From Octopus sinensis (lineage: Eukaryota), in assembly GCF_006345805.1 (NCBI RefSeq), contig NC_043012.1, positions 11,718,001-11,782,000 of the forward strand: a stretch of DNA of 64,000 nt. The letters are read 5' to 3'. How positions within the stretch are numbered: the first letter of the stretch is position 1; every line of letters starts with the position of its first letter. Positions 1 to 14,716 of the stretch are shown here, piece after piece. The notes below the pieces were generated by a model that worked only from the letters and a program-made list of their open reading frames with translations, was not told the DNA's origin and searched no databases. The translations under genes were made by a program, and so were the position numbers.

Positions 1-1814
1 ATCATCATCATGAGGGCGTTCTTCAATGTAGCAAGAAGTAAGTCACTGATGTATGGAAGGGAAAAAGCAGGGCCAGAACTGAACCGGGGACCTAAACCTG
101 AGAACACTGAGCAGAAACAGGTCAGTCAATACATGCTACGATATTGCGATCAGACAGAAATTTACCAATCCAAGAGACGATCGATAGGTGGAAGAGAATG
201 TTTCGATAGTTGATTTGCATATTAAACGCGGTGGAAGGTTTTGCTGATACTCAGAGTAACAACATTGCTCTCACCGAAAAACTTTAACGCCCTATTCCAC
301 TGGTGGGTGACATAATTGAGTAGGCCTCCAGTGGGTCTGGTTCATCAAAAACCCTTATGGATATAAAATGATGGTTACTGAAGGGAGAGAGAAGGGAAGA
401 GAGAAGGGGAGAGAGAAGGGAGAGAGAAGGGGAGAGAGAAGGAGAAAGAGCGAGGGAGTGAGAGCGAGTGTGAGAGCGCGAGGGAGAGAGAGATTCATAA
501 TATTGAAGATTGTCATAGTTAATGGTTGTCTCCATTACTTTAGAAATGTTATACGCAAGAATAATAGGAACAGCTTTAGGAATGCTAAATCTCCTTCAAA
601 TCATAACTTTTGTCTTGGGAAAAGGAAGAATATAAACAATATTGTTCTAAAATACTTGTAAAATAGATGGGGAAAATTTCTGTGAAGGTGTAGCGGCGAA
701 TACGTTTGTATGTTCCTGAGTGACTAAAATAAATTCCATCTTGTAATTTCAGGTTCATCTCACGGTCAGCTCATTGGTGGACAGGTATTACTCCATAATA
801 TGATAAAACCCACGTTATGAAAGTGTTGTTTAGCAGAAAATCCCATCGTAACGTTGAATTCCATAACGTAAAGTGTATTTTCTATTGACTTCCATATAAC
901 TTGGGAGTCAAGGAAGATAGGTTTCACGTTACGGAATTCCGACTTGCAGAAAAGTTTCCAAGAACGCTTCCGTAATGTGGTTAACGCCGTATTGATAAAC
1001 AATAAACTTAAAAGCGATCCTTTCCGCTGTGACTCTCCCCTTTCCCTACCTCCGTCCATCACCCTTGGGAATTTAACTCTCAGCAATGAGTTAATGTAAA
1101 AGCAGTTTAAAAACATTGGAACACGTGCTTGGGATGTCAGCTGTTACCAACCCAAACCACCACCACCACCGCCACCACCACCACCACCGCCACCACCACC
1201 ACCACCACCACCACCACCACCACCACCACCACCACCACCACCACAGGCGCTGCCGCCATCGTCGTATAACATGACTACTGTGAGCTAAGACAGGAATTAT
1301 TTATACAAGACCGCTTCAACTTGCTAAAAATACCAACTAAATCTCCCTCATTGACATCGTGGTTTCTGGAATAAATAAATAAATAAATAAATAAACGTAC
1401 ACACGAGTCAATGAAGATGGAACGACAGCACGTAGAAAAGTTTGATCAGAACCAAAATGAGGTTAAACAGGAACAACATGGTACAAGATTTTAGAGGAAG
1501 AAACAGTGAATAAAATCAGCCTCATTAAATAGCAGGAAGCTTGATGTAAAGTCGGTCTCTGTAGGTTTTGAACTCCATTTCAATGTAGACAGAGGAAACT
1601 AAAGATTATGAATGGATGTATATGCATGTGTGTATATGTATGTGTGTGTTACTCTGGAGTTTTCATGGTATGTAGATTTGCATTCGTTGAGAGAAATGGC
1701 ACCCAAAGGACCTATAAAAAACTTCCTACCAATATCTTTAAACAACGGTATAACCAACATCTGTAATCTATCATCAAATCAAAACTAGGTAAAAAGAAAT
1801 CCTAGGCAGATCAG

Positions 1815-1985
1815 TTCGCGGTGGTATCAAAATGTTCCCGGACTAGTTCTGTAACGCACCAATAGATGGCAGCACACGGTTGCGTGCGCAGTAAGAGCTA
1901 GCATTGACCTTCATGAAGCAGTGTGCTAAGTGACATCGCTGTGTTTACTTCGCAAGTTGTGTGAAATTTGTGTTTTTGTGATCAC
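1815..1985 (+). mobile_element. mariner-type MITE 5' fragment
   Basis: gcggtggtatcaaaatgttcccggactag resembles the mariner TIR at 42378. Confidence 0.45.
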
Positions 1986-2079
1986 ATGTATACTGTAGTC
2001 TGCAATTTTTGTCAAAAAGCCAACGTGAAATTTTGCGATAAAGCACACACACACACACACACGCACACACACACACGCG

Positions 2080-2113
<34 letters not shown>

Positions 2114-2512
2114 TGATTGAAATCAACAAGGTAGGACAGTAATATTTTAATCACTACAATTGCTTTCACACAACGCACTTCTTCAAAAATACAGGTATTT
2201 GATTATGCAACTGTTTGTTTTCATAATGAGATCTAATTATGTTTCCAGGTGATATTCCAGTGTTATCTTCGTTAGTCTAAAATCTTCGACTTCAAGGCCA
2301 TCCCATTTGACCATCTTGGCTTCAATTTAGTAGAAGCTGGGAGATTCAAGTTGTTTGCTGCCAGAGTGCGTTTGGCGGACTCCTTGTTGACTTCAATTTC
2401 CCCAATTTTATATCCACACACGAAGAAAGCCCAAACGTAAAGTTGGAAGTATATAATAATGCTACCGGATAGTATTGGGCAATTCTGAGGGTGGGCGAGC
2501 TTTATACATCAT

Positions 2513-2543
<31 letters not shown>

Positions 2544-2548
<5 letters not shown>

Positions 2549-3391
2549 GCGCAGGAGTGGCTGTGTGGTAAGTAGCTTGTTTACCAACCACATGGTTCTG
2601 GATTCAGTCCCACTGCGTCGCACCTTGGGCAAGTGTCTTCTGCTATAGCCTCGGGCCAACAAAAGCCTTGTGAGTGAATTTGGTAGACGGAAACTGAAAG
2701 AAGCCTGTCGTATATATATGTATATGTATATATATATTTATGTGTATGTTTATGTGTGTGTGTGTGTGTGCGCGCGCGCGCGTGTGTTTTAACCTTTTGA
2801 ATTAATATTGAATTTAAAATTTTTAAAAATTAAATTTTAATATTATCAATTTATATATTAGTCATGAAATGCGCGTAGTCAGTTAATGTTTGATTTATTA
2901 TGAAATTTTTAGATATACAGAATTTCGAGACAAAACGCTATCTAGTTATTCCATCAATAGTGAAAAGATATTATCTATAATAACCACATAGAAATTAATT
3001 AAATATTTTATAATCATTATTCTAAAAATTTCATAATAAATCAAACATTAAACTGACTACGCGCATTTCATGACTAAATATATAAATTGATAATATTAAA
3101 ATTTAATTTTTAAAAATTTTAAATTCAATATTAATTCAGAAGGTTAAAACACATGCGCGCGCGCGCGCACACACACACACATAAACATACACATAAATAT
3201 ATATATACATATACATATATATACGACAGGCTTCTTTCAGTTTCCGTCTACCAAATTCACTCACAAGGCTTTTGTCGGCCCGAGGCTATAGCAGAAGACA
3301 CTTGCCCAAGGTGCGACGCAGTGGGACTGAATCCAGAACCATGTGGTTGGTAAACAAGCTACTTACCACACAGCCACTCCTGCGCTATATA
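2544..3391. repeat. Long inverted duplication (arms about 370 bp, spacer about 107 bp)
   Basis: 2544-2913 is the reverse complement of 3021-3391. Each arm holds a SINE 5' half, a microsatellite and an AT-rich segment containing GAAAT-GCGC-GTA. Confidence 0.95.
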
Positions 3392-4044
3392 AACATATAA
3401 ATATAGGTATACATATCACATACACATGTTGCTGTGTTGTGACCCCCTTCGGTCATGAATGACCATGAGATTGCACCTAGAAAGTTACCCTCCCAGGCAC
3501 AAGTCCAGGCAAGGTTGTTTGTGGAAGACCAGCAGTTACCCATGCATACTGGCCTCCGATCTCCACACCACCGATGTTATCCAAGGGAAAGGCAAAAGCC
3601 GATACAGCTTGGTACCAGTGACGTCGCAGCTCATTTATTAACGTGCAAGTGGCTGAGTACTCCACAGACGCGTGCAATCTTAACGTAGTTTTGCGGGAGA
3701 TTCAGCATGACACAGAGTGTGACAAGGCCGGCCCTTTGAAATACAGGTACAACAGAAACAGGAAGAAGGAGTGAGAGAAAGTTGTGGTGAAAGAATACAG
3801 CAAGGATTGCCACCAACCCCTGCTGGAGCCTCGTGGAGCTTTTAGGTGTTTTCGCTCAATAAACACTCACAATGCCCGTTCTGGGTGTCGAAACCGCGAT
3901 CCTACAACCGCGAGTCCGCTGCTCTAACATACACATAAAGACAGCAAAAATCCACATTGTGTTAAGAGACGTAAATAAAAAGTTAAACACATTCATGTTC
4001 CTTATAAAGTCACACGTGCCTGTATATGCGTTTGTGGGTATGAG

Positions 4045-4076
<32 letters not shown>

Positions 4077-4798
4077 GTGTGTGTGTGTGTCTTTGAGTGT
4101 ATAACTATGCGTGCGTAAACTAGATTTCACGCTAGTTTTGTACAGCTGACGCTGGTTGAACGTCGTTACCGGTGTGTCTGAAACGTGGTCGACTAAACTC
4201 AACTACACGAAATATTTAGGCAGGTGTAAGCGAACAACCCCCGTCTGTCGGCAAGCAGATTCTATCAACAAACTTTTATTATTGCTGCATCACAGAGACT
4301 AATTCCTTCTGTCTGTCTCTCATTCTGCATTTTCATCATTTCGTTCTGTACATACATACATACATGCTTACACACACATACATACATACACACATACATA
4401 CATACACACACACATACATACATACATACATACATACATACATACATACATACATACATACATACATGCATACATACATACATACATACATACATACGTA
4501 CATACATACATACATACATACATACATACATACATACATACATACATACACACATACATGCATACATACATACTACATACATACATACATACATGCATAC
4601 ATATATATGTAGGTGCAGGCGTGGCTGTGTGGTAAGAAGCTTGCTTACCAACCACATGGTTCCGGGTTTAGTCCCACTGTGTGGCACCTTGGGCAAGTGT
4701 CTTCTACTATAGCCTCAGGCCGATCAAAGCCTTGTGGACTTGGTTGACAGAAACTGAAAGAAGCCGTTGTATATATATATATATATATATATAATATA

Positions 4799-4852
<54 letters not shown>

Positions 4853-5319
4853 TTACTTGTTTCAGTCATTTGACTGCAGCCATGCTGGAGCATCGCCTTT
4901 TAGTCGAAGAGATCAACTCCAGGACTTATTCTTTGTAAGCCTGGTACTTATTCTATCCGTCTGTTTTGCCGAACTGCTATGTTACGAGGGACGTAAACAC
5001 ACCAACATCGGTTGTCAAGTGATGTTGGTGGTGGTGGGGTGGTGAGGGATAAACACAGACACAAAGACTCAATGCACGCATAAAAGGCAGGCTTCTTTCA
5101 GTTTCCGTTTACCAAATCCGCTCATAAGATTTTTGTCAGCACGAGGCTATAATAGAAGGCACTTGCCCAAGGTGCCACACAGTGGGACTGAACTAGGAAC
5201 CTTGTGGTTTGGAAGCAAGCTTCTTACCACACAGCCACGACTGCACCTACATATTTATAAAGGCACATTTAAATGACAAACTATTATAATATGACTTTAT
5301 ATAATAATAATATAAATAT

Positions 5320-5736
5320 GGATCTTTTCGGCTTGAACGGCAGTTTTTAACATAATTACTAGGTAACTAAAAAATTTTAAACTTTGTTTACTGGTAGAAT
5401 GTGTTTATAAAACATCTTTTTCTCTTGACTTTATTGAGAAAATTCTATAGTTTGTAAGATATTTGTTGTTCTTTTTTCTTCAATTTCTGCAATTTCAACC
5501 AATCAAATACGTCTATTGAGGTAAAAACATTCTGTGCCGTATGAATATGTCCCTTGTTTAAGAAACAGATTGGGTTTATCTACATTTGTGAAGAAAAAAA
5601 GATACCCTTCCCCCCACCCCTAACCCTAACTCTAAAACAGATTGAAGTGCAATAGATCGATACTAGGGTCATAATTATGGGTGACAATTTCATATGACAC
5701 CGCTAGAAAAAACTGCCGTTCAAACCGAAAAGATCC
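5320..5736. mobile_element. Non-autonomous TIR DNA transposon
   Basis: TIR GGATCTTTTCGG(C/T)TTGAACGGCAGTTTTT at both ends; near-identical 8-bp flanks ataaatat/aaaaatat; internal ccctaa repeats. Confidence 0.8.
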
Positions 5737-6612
5737 AAAAATATGAAATCACATCTACTCATAAAACACGCACGCACATCCACTTTTACACATTCATATA
5801 AACATGTCCGCAAGGTAATCACATGGCATTGAGAATGAATGTTAATAGATTAATATCAAATATCGTTAGTTGTAAATAAATAAAAATCCAGATATCTGTG
5901 GAGATGAGATTTGTCGATTACATCGAGCTCAGGACTTGGCTAGTGCTTTATTTTATCGACCATGCGATACTGCCAATCTACGGCCCAAATAACAACAACA
6001 AAACTAAGAAAAAACAATAAATTTGTGGGGAGGGGACTATTCGATTATATCGACCCCACTGTTTCACTGGTACTTAATTTATCGATCCCGAAAGGATGAA
6101 GAGCAAAGTCGACCTCGGTGGAATTTGAACTCAGAACGTAGCGACGGGTGAAATACCTATTTCTTTACTACCCACAAGGGGCTATACATAGAGAGGACAA
6201 ACAAGGACAGACAAACGGATTAAGTCGATTATATCGACCCCAGTGCATAACTGGTACTTATTTAACCGAGCATGAAAGGATGAAAGGCAAAGTCAACCTC
6301 GGCAGAATTTGAACTCAGAACGTAGCGGCAGACGAAATACCGCTAAGTAATTTGTACAACTTGCTAACGTTTCTGCCAGCTCGCCGCCTTATAACAACAA
6401 CGATAATAATAATCCTTTCTATTATAGGCACAAGCCCAGAAATTTTAGGGAAGCGGGGCCATGCCGATTATTTCAACCTCATTACTCAACTGGTACACAT
6501 TTTATGGACCCCGAAAGGAGAGAAGGCAAAGTCGAACTCGGAAAGTAAAGACGAACGAAGTGCCGCAAAGTATTTTGCCCGGCGTGCTAACCGTTCCTAC
6601 TAGCTAGCTGCC

Positions 6613-6675
<63 letters not shown>

Positions 6676-7487
6676 TAATAACAACAACAACACAACAATA
6701 ACAACAACAACAATAATAATAATAATCCTTTTCTACTATATGCACAAGACCTGAAATTTATTTATTTATTTAATTATTTATTTATTTATTTATTTGGTGG
6801 AGGGACCAGTTGATTATATCGAACCCAGTGCGTAACTTAATTTATCGACCCCGAAAGGATGAAAGGCAAAGTCGACATCGGAGGAATTGAACTCAGAACG
6901 TAGCGACGGGCAAAATACCTATTTTTTTATTACCCACAAGGAGCTAAACATAGAGGGGACAAACAAGGACAGACATAGGTATTAAGTCGATTACATCGAC
7001 CCCAGTGCGTAACTGGTACTTAATTTGTCGACCCCCGAAAGGATAAAAGGCAAAGTCGACCTCGGCGGAATTTGAACTCAGAACGTGGCGACGGGTGAAA
7101 TACCGTTAAGCATTTCGTCTAGTTCAATAAATGTAAAAACACTGTACACAATGTTTACACGTTTATAAAAGTCTAAATAAAACAGGCGTGGCTGTGTGGT
7201 AAGTAGCTTGCTTCCCAACCACATGGTTCCGGGTCCAGTCCAAAGCATGGCCCCCTTGGGCAAGCGTCTTCTACTATAGCTTCGGGTCGACCAAAGCCTT
7301 GTGTGTGGATATGGTAGACGGAAACTGAAAGAAGCCCGTCGTATATATATATGTGTGTGTGTGTGTGCTTGCAGCTCCCTCCCATCACCGCTTGACAACC
7401 GGTGTTGGTGTGTTTACGTCTCCGTAAGTTACCGGTTCGGCAAAAGAACTGATAGAATAAGCACTGGGCTTTAAAAATAAATAAGTC

Positions 7488-7801
7488 GGTACTACTTGAG
7501 AACAGTGGTCCCGGTGCGCGCACTCGCGTACTCGCGCATCCGCGCTAGCTAGTCGTGACTAGTCGATCCTACAACGACTACCTAGCAAAGTAAATCAAAA
7601 CACAAAATAAATAATTTTTTTACACAAAATAATTTTTTTTAAACAAAGTAAATAAAACATAAAAACAAAGTAAATAATTTTTTAAACAAAGTAAATAACA
7701 CAAAAAAAACACAAAGTAAGGATCGACTAGTCACGACTAGCTAGCGCTGATGCGTGACTACGCGAGTGCGCGCACCTGGACCACTGTTCTCAAGTAGTAC
7801 C
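7488..7801. mobile_element. Merlin-like MITE, inserted in a SINE
   Basis: TIRs of about 83 bp starting GGTACTACT; 8-bp TSD aataagtc (7480-7487 and 7802-7809). GGNRM termini with an 8-9 bp TSD fit the Merlin superfamily. Confidence 0.8.
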
Positions 7802-7964
7802 AATAAGTCCTGGGGTCGTTTTGTTCGAATAAAACCTTTTGAGGCAGTGCTCCAGCATGGCCGCAGTCAAATGACTGAAACAAGTAAAAGAATAAGAATA
7901 ACCACAAACACATGTGGTTGTGAGTGTGTGTATGCGTATGTGCAAATCAGTAACTATATCTGTC

Positions 7965-8011
<47 letters not shown>

Positions 8012-10086
8012 CGCGTATAGAATTTACGAAGGACTTACCTTGACAGTGTAGGTATTACATAACAACAATCGAAGCCATTGCCACCAGGCGACATCCGGGA
8101 ATACAACAACAGACGGCAGCAGAATATGCTGCGGCCTCTTTTCACTGGTGTCTCATTCAACACACAACACCGCTAAAAATTCTTCACTGCTAAGTCTTCG
8201 CTTCTGTCCAATATATGGCGCGAGCAACTCTTTTTCGACTTTATCACCAACAACTGTACCACCAGCATCGCTACCTCTAACGCCATCACCACTAGCACCA
8301 CCTACACTACCACTACCACCACCACCACCACCTCTCTCATATATCTAATATCCTATCTCCCTCTCTCTCTCTTGCTTTCTCTCTCTGTCTGTCTCTTTCT
8401 CTCAGTATATATATATAATATATATATATATATTATATTTATAAACTATATTCCCTTTCTTCTTTCTCTTTTAAAGCATCGTTATCAATTAGCAGCCACT
8501 CCTATTCATAGTATATACGTGTGCGTGCGCCTGCGTGTATTAATTGAGTGCATACACTCACACACACACACACACGCACACACACTCACATACGCACACG
8601 CACACGCAAACACATCGTTCTTTCCTTTTCGTTTCTTTCCTTGGGCCCTTTCTCCTTTTCTCTCTCTCTTTTAAATCATCATCATCCTTGAAAAAAATCT
8701 GTTGCGCTTACAACCAACTGAATTAGGTTATCTAGGATAAATACAGAATCAGTTGGCTGATCCCCCTTACTGCTGCTGATGCTGATGCTGCTGCTACTAA
8801 TGCTGCTGATGATGATGATTGTAACGATGGTGGCGGTGGTTGTGAGTATTTTTGAGGAAGCTGGTCGGGAGGGTGATTGTGGGGGCGTAGTGGTAGTGAT
8901 GGCGGTGAAGATGTTACGGATGATTCCGATAGTGGTAACAGAGATGATGGCAGTGAAGATTATTATGAGGGTGCTAGGTGATAGTGGTAGTGGAGGTGGT
9001 GGTGGTTGTGGTGGTGTGGGTTGGTGGTGGTGGCGGTAGTGGTGGTGGAGGTGGTGGTGATGGCGGTCTTTCTGTTCCGCTGGCTGTTTTCTAATGCTGA
9101 TATTACTCCTACTGTTTAACCACATGTCGCTCTCATTCAGCAGAACAGTGACGAAAGACATTCCAGCCGTGACCATTCCGTCTTTCTTTAACATGTAGCG
9201 TGTGATTGGAGAGAAATTTGGCTGCTTTTTCTAACAAGTTAAGCGACCCCGTAACAGCCCCGTCGTTGCCTCATTGGTGTTGTTGTTGTTATGACTGTCG
9301 TCTTTCAGTTGTTTCCGATTCATCCATTGCTGAGGATGGTGATGGAGCGGGAGTTGTACTAGTCGCGATGGTGTTGGTGGTGACGGTGACTGTGGTGATG
9401 ATGATGATTGGTGATGATGATGATGGTGGTGGTGGTTATGGTGATGATGACAGCGCCGTAGCCGTATTTCGTTTACCGTTACGTTCTGGGTTCAAATTCC
9501 GCCGAGGTCGACTTTGCCTTTCATCCTTTCGGGGTCGATAAATTAAGTACCAGTTACTCACTGGGGTCGATGTAATCCACTTAATCCGTTTGTCAGTCCT
9601 TGTTTGTCTCCTCTGTGTTTAGCCCCCTGTGGGTAGTAAAAAAATATATAATTAATAGTGATGATTAAAAGAGAGACAAACAGACAGACAGACAGACAGA
9701 AAGGAGCGAACGAACGAATGAACGAAGAAAGCAAGAAAGAACGAAAGAAAAGAAGGAAAGAGGGAAAGAAGAAAGAAAAAAGGCAGGGTGAAAGAAAGGA
9801 AGAAAGGCAGGCAGGCAGGAAGGAAGAAAGAAAGAATTTGGTGTGTGATGAGTGTTGAGGACAGAGATATTGAAATGGGCAAGCTGACCTCAGGTGAACG
9901 ATGTTTGCGAGCCGAGATCGATTCGCATTTAAATCATACTTCTCTAATGCAAACATGTCTGCATTAACAGGTATGCTCAGCATACATATTAATGCGTACA
10001 TGTATGCAAACTTTTTTCCGTACAAAACTAATTCACCATGAAAAAGGTTGCGAAACGGCCGTAACCCCCCTAAGGAAGTCACATGG

Positions 10087-10123
<37 letters not shown>

Positions 10124-13100
10124 TAAAAAAGGAAAATACGCACACTTACATAGTTTCAATATAATTTTTAATATATCGACCGGTTTCGCTATCGCTATTC
10201 ATGATATTATGTTTTACTTATTTGAATATGTATTTTTTCTTAAGAAGAAATTTTGTCCATGTTGTGTGTGATGAAATTCACGAGTGAATGACTTCACAAG
10301 TAGATAAATAAATAGATATGAGGTGCCTACTCAATGTATGTTGTCTTGTTTCTGTACATTCCCCTAGTACATCATCTGCTACAGACTACATTCCTAACCT
10401 AACAGTTAACCTGTTGGTTCCTCCTGCATACTGCACAGTTGTTATCCTTACATGAGGGCCTTTCGAATGTATGTGTATATATATATATATTCTGGTCTAA
10501 TCTGATATCAATATTTCAATCATTGCATAACCGAATTCCAGTATTGTGGAGAATCAGTGACTACATCATAATTAAGATGCTTAATGAAATAATGGAATGG
10601 TGGAATAATCATTTATTTCTACCATGTATATTTTTATTTGCTATAAATCGTGAACTGAAAGACCTTTCAAAACGGCTCGAGTGAAAACAATGAACTTTTT
10701 ACATCGAATGAAGGTAGAGAAATTGGTAATACAAGAGAAGTCTTTAAACGAGGGACATGGTTGTACTCTCGTTAATCTCTGCCCTTTCAAAGAGGTGATG
10801 AAAATATCATATTTCCTCTCCTTTTCAGATCTCATTCACTTTCGTCTTACGTCTTCACTGTGCTGAGTTGTCGTGGTGAGCATCCTTTGCTTTATTTGGA
10901 TCCCCCTCCTGCTTTTCTCCAGATTATACCGTTTTCGCTATGTCCTTCCAATGTACACTGGACAGAAATTCTTTCTGCACACACCCATGTATCTGAGGTA
11001 GGCATGACTTTTTGGACGCTTTTATACTCGCGTAGGCCCTACAATAAATCTTTAGACTTCCACACAGGCAACGCATATAACCAAGCCATCGCAGGCAACG
11101 TTCACTGAATATTGAAGTAATGGTCTGACATACCTATTTCTTTACTACCCACAAGGGGCTAAACACAGAGATGACAAACAAGGACAGACAAACGGATTAA
11201 GTCGATTACATCGACCCCAGTGCGTAAATGGTACTTATTTAATCGACTCCGAAAGGATGAAAGCAAAGTCGACCTCGGCGGAATTTGAACTCAGAACGTA
11301 ACGGCAGACGAAATACTGCTACGCATTTCGCCCGGCGTGCTAACGTTTTTGCCAGCCTTTGGGTTGGAAACCCTGACTTCTCAATTACCAAAAGTTTGCA
11401 AAGGCACAATTTCATGCCACAGATATAAGTTTCCTTTTCTGCATGACGAGTATCATACAAGAAAGAAATATTTCATGCTTAAAACGGGAATATTTCTTCG
11501 AGTACGTGATTTATAATGATGTATAAATAATTCAAATATTACAGTGTAAATATGTATATGTAAAATCTAGCATTAACGTTCTGTATATATAATTGCATAG
11601 ATAAAACGCGGTCTCAAGAGATGATAGGGTAACCAGAATGAGAGCATTACTTCTTTGAGTCCGCAATGTATAATTTTAAAAACCACCGGAATCTACTGAG
11701 ACCAACCGGAAATTAGAAATTCTGATGTCAATCGTTTTTGCATTACATTGAAAGCATTAAAGTGTTCAGCTTTAGAAATTATATATTGATAAAATTTAGT
11801 GACCTTTAATAATATCCCTCATGGGAACAAATATTTCTTTGATATAAAGGAAATGCGTCTTCGCACAAAAATTAATAAAAGGGTCAGTGGAGTAAAAAGA
11901 AAATTCAATCAATAATAATAATAGCAATAATATATACGCACCCACGCGCACGTGTGTGTGTGTTTCACTAGCATGATAATTCATTCATAACTTGTACATT
12001 AGGTAAAAACCGAGTGTTTCTACTAGGCTTACGAAGAATAAGTCCTGGGGTCGATTTTCCGGTGGGGCGAAAAGACAAAACCCGTCGGCACAACCCGAAC
12101 CAATTGATCTGAGATTCATACCTAGGTACATAGGGTGGTAAGAAGCTTGCTTCTCAGCCACATGGTTCCTGGTTTAGTCCCACTGCTGACACCATAGGAA
12201 AGTGTCTTCTACTATAGCCTTGGTCCGATCAAAGCCTTCAGAGTGGATTTGGTAGAAACTGAAAGAAGCCCGCCGTATATATATATATATATAATATATA
12301 TATATATGTATGAATATGCTTATCTTAGTGTGTCTTTGTGTCTGCGTTTGTTCCCCCCCCTCCACCATCGCTTGATGTTGGTGTGTTTAAAATCCCCGTA
12401 ACTTAGCGGTTCGGCAAAAGAAACCGATAAAATAAGTACTAGGCTTACAAAGAATAAGTCCTGGGGTCGATTTCCTGTGAGACGAAAAGAGAAGACCCGT
12501 CAAAGGGCGGAGGGTTTCATGAGAGGAGTCAACGGCCATCCAATAATGTGTGTATGTCGAATAGGATCTGAGCAAAGGTCAACCTGAGGGCTCCCGAATC
12601 ACCAACTCTCAAAAAGCAATTGATGGGGTAGTCTCCTTAGCTATGGTCTACTGCCTCCTTTGCTTTGCAAAATCTGCAGGATTATGGTAAATCAAGTCAG
12701 ACAGCTTAATTCGATTATTGCTACCTGGTGTGTGACACATCGTACACCAATACTGGTAGTACTCTCTAGGTGGAGAGCGTGAGTCTTGTGAAGCACAAGT
12801 AAAGTCCGCTGTAATGAAATTCATAGTCAGACAGTAGAACGGCGACGAAATGAGAGTGACTGAGAACACGCTTTTTTCCTGCGCTCTTGAATTTTTCCTC
12901 GTCTAGGCTAAAAAAGGTCCTCATTGTTTGTTTCCTTGTTTGTTTTTATTTCTTGTACTGTATTTTTTTGTATTTGTTTCTTATTTTGTATTTGTTTTTT
13001 ATTTGTATTTTTATTTGTATTGTTTTTACGTCCTGTTTTTCTCACATTTTTTCTTTCCCTGTTTTTACCCCTCTGCAAAGGAATTTTATTTAATTCTTTC

Positions 13101-13154
13101 GCAGGAAGGGCTAGTTCGACGAGTCGTGTTCTGTCCTTACCTTCGAAACACGCA

Positions 13155-13370
13155 TGGAGTCGAACTGGGGACAGCTGATGAAGGGGAATTTTCCTTGTGT
13201 TGTTTGTCTTGTACTCTGTTTTTTCGTTGTTAAAAAAAGGTCCGTTTCCATGTTTGTTTTTACGTTTTCGTTTCTCGGTGAGCTCTACGTCTATTTGTGG
13301 TGTCCTGTACTCACGTATATATATATATTTATATATGCATGTATATATACATGTAGATGTAGGTACGTAC

Positions 13371-13403
<33 letters not shown>

Positions 13404-13423
13404 TGCATATATTTATTTATTAA

Positions 13424-13459
<36 letters not shown>

Positions 13460-13470
13460 TTTATTTATTA

Positions 13471-13550
<80 letters not shown>

Positions 13551-13765
13551 GGAGTAGACGAAGCAGGGGCAGTTGAAGAAGGGGAATATTCCTTGTGTTG
13601 TATTTCTTTGTACTCTGTTTTTACGTTGTTTGAAAAAAGTCCGTTTCCATGGTCTTGTTTTTATGTTTTCGTCTCTCATTGTGTTCAAAGTTTTTTTTTG
13701 TGTCCTGTACCTATATATGCATGTATATATACATATAGATGTAGGTATGTACATATGTGTATGTA
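13155..13765 (+). repeat. Two diverged direct copies of an approximately 220-bp repeat separated by (TA)n
   Basis: 13155-13380 versus 13551-13765 (gaaggggaa..ttccttgtgttg...gtccgtttccatg...tgtcctgtac...tagatgtaggta). Confidence 0.8.
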
Positions 13766-13965
13766 TATATGCATATGTTTTATTTATTATTTTGTTACTA
13801 TATATATGAGTTTCTGTCTGTTTGTCCCACAAATCAATTGAGACATCATTTCATTTATAAGCGTGGGTGTTTTGTCCACTTTCACCACATTAACTATGGT
13901 GATGATAATGCTGCTGATGGTGTGACCAGAGCTAAAGTGCCAAAATTTTCAAAGAATCGACATCT

Positions 13966-14021
<56 letters not shown>

Positions 14022-14716
14022 CTTTGTCTTTCTATTTGGCCGGAAATTGTCTTGTGGCGAGAATGGTCAGCGTTCAAGAGAATGACAACCACTACACCAT
14101 ATATATTTATTCATTTATTTATTCAAGTATGGGCTGTTCTGCACAGTTAAACACAGTCAATCTCTCTCTCTTTCTCTCTTTCTCTCTTTCTCTCTCTCTC
14201 TCTCTCGCTCTCTAATGACTGTCGTAAATAAAAATGAAATAAAATTCTGGGGTCAATTCGTCCAACTAAAATTCTTCGTGGTGATGCCCCAGCATGGCCA
14301 CAATCTAATGACTGAAACAAGTAAAAGGTGAAAAGAAAGAAAATGATAAGAGTGGGTGTTTTGTCCACTTTTCACCAGCAGAGTGCAACTCTTAAGAAAT
14401 GGCGTCGATATTTTTTACTCTGTCTCTGTCTCTGTCTCTCTCTCTCTAACAGAACGCACGCACAAACACATACACACACATACATACATACATACACACA
14501 CATGTATACCTATTTTTCTGACTTCGTTCAGATATAACTATACAAATTTCTTTCAGAAAAGCAGACAGTGAAGCCATACGGAGACAGATACGAATTCACA
14601 GTGAAATGAAAATCCTCAACACACCAACAGAAAGACAACCACATAAGAGACATTTAGAGTTCATATTAAGAAGGTCAGTGACGGGGGTCAAAGCTATTTT
14701 CCTATGTGATATACCT

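Noticed and set aside
753-784. 32-bp micro-exon candidate (tttcag...CAG|gtatta)
   Set aside because: Weak donor and no recognisable partner exons or protein similarity.
5615-5636. Telomeric (CCCTAA)n repeats
   Set aside because: Only about three units, internal to a TIR element; not a telomere or fusion site.
8682-9194. 170-aa His/Pro-rich ORF resembling a transcription-factor N-terminus
   Set aside because: Built from trinucleotide repeats plus repeat-derived sequence; no domain and no convincing splice partners.
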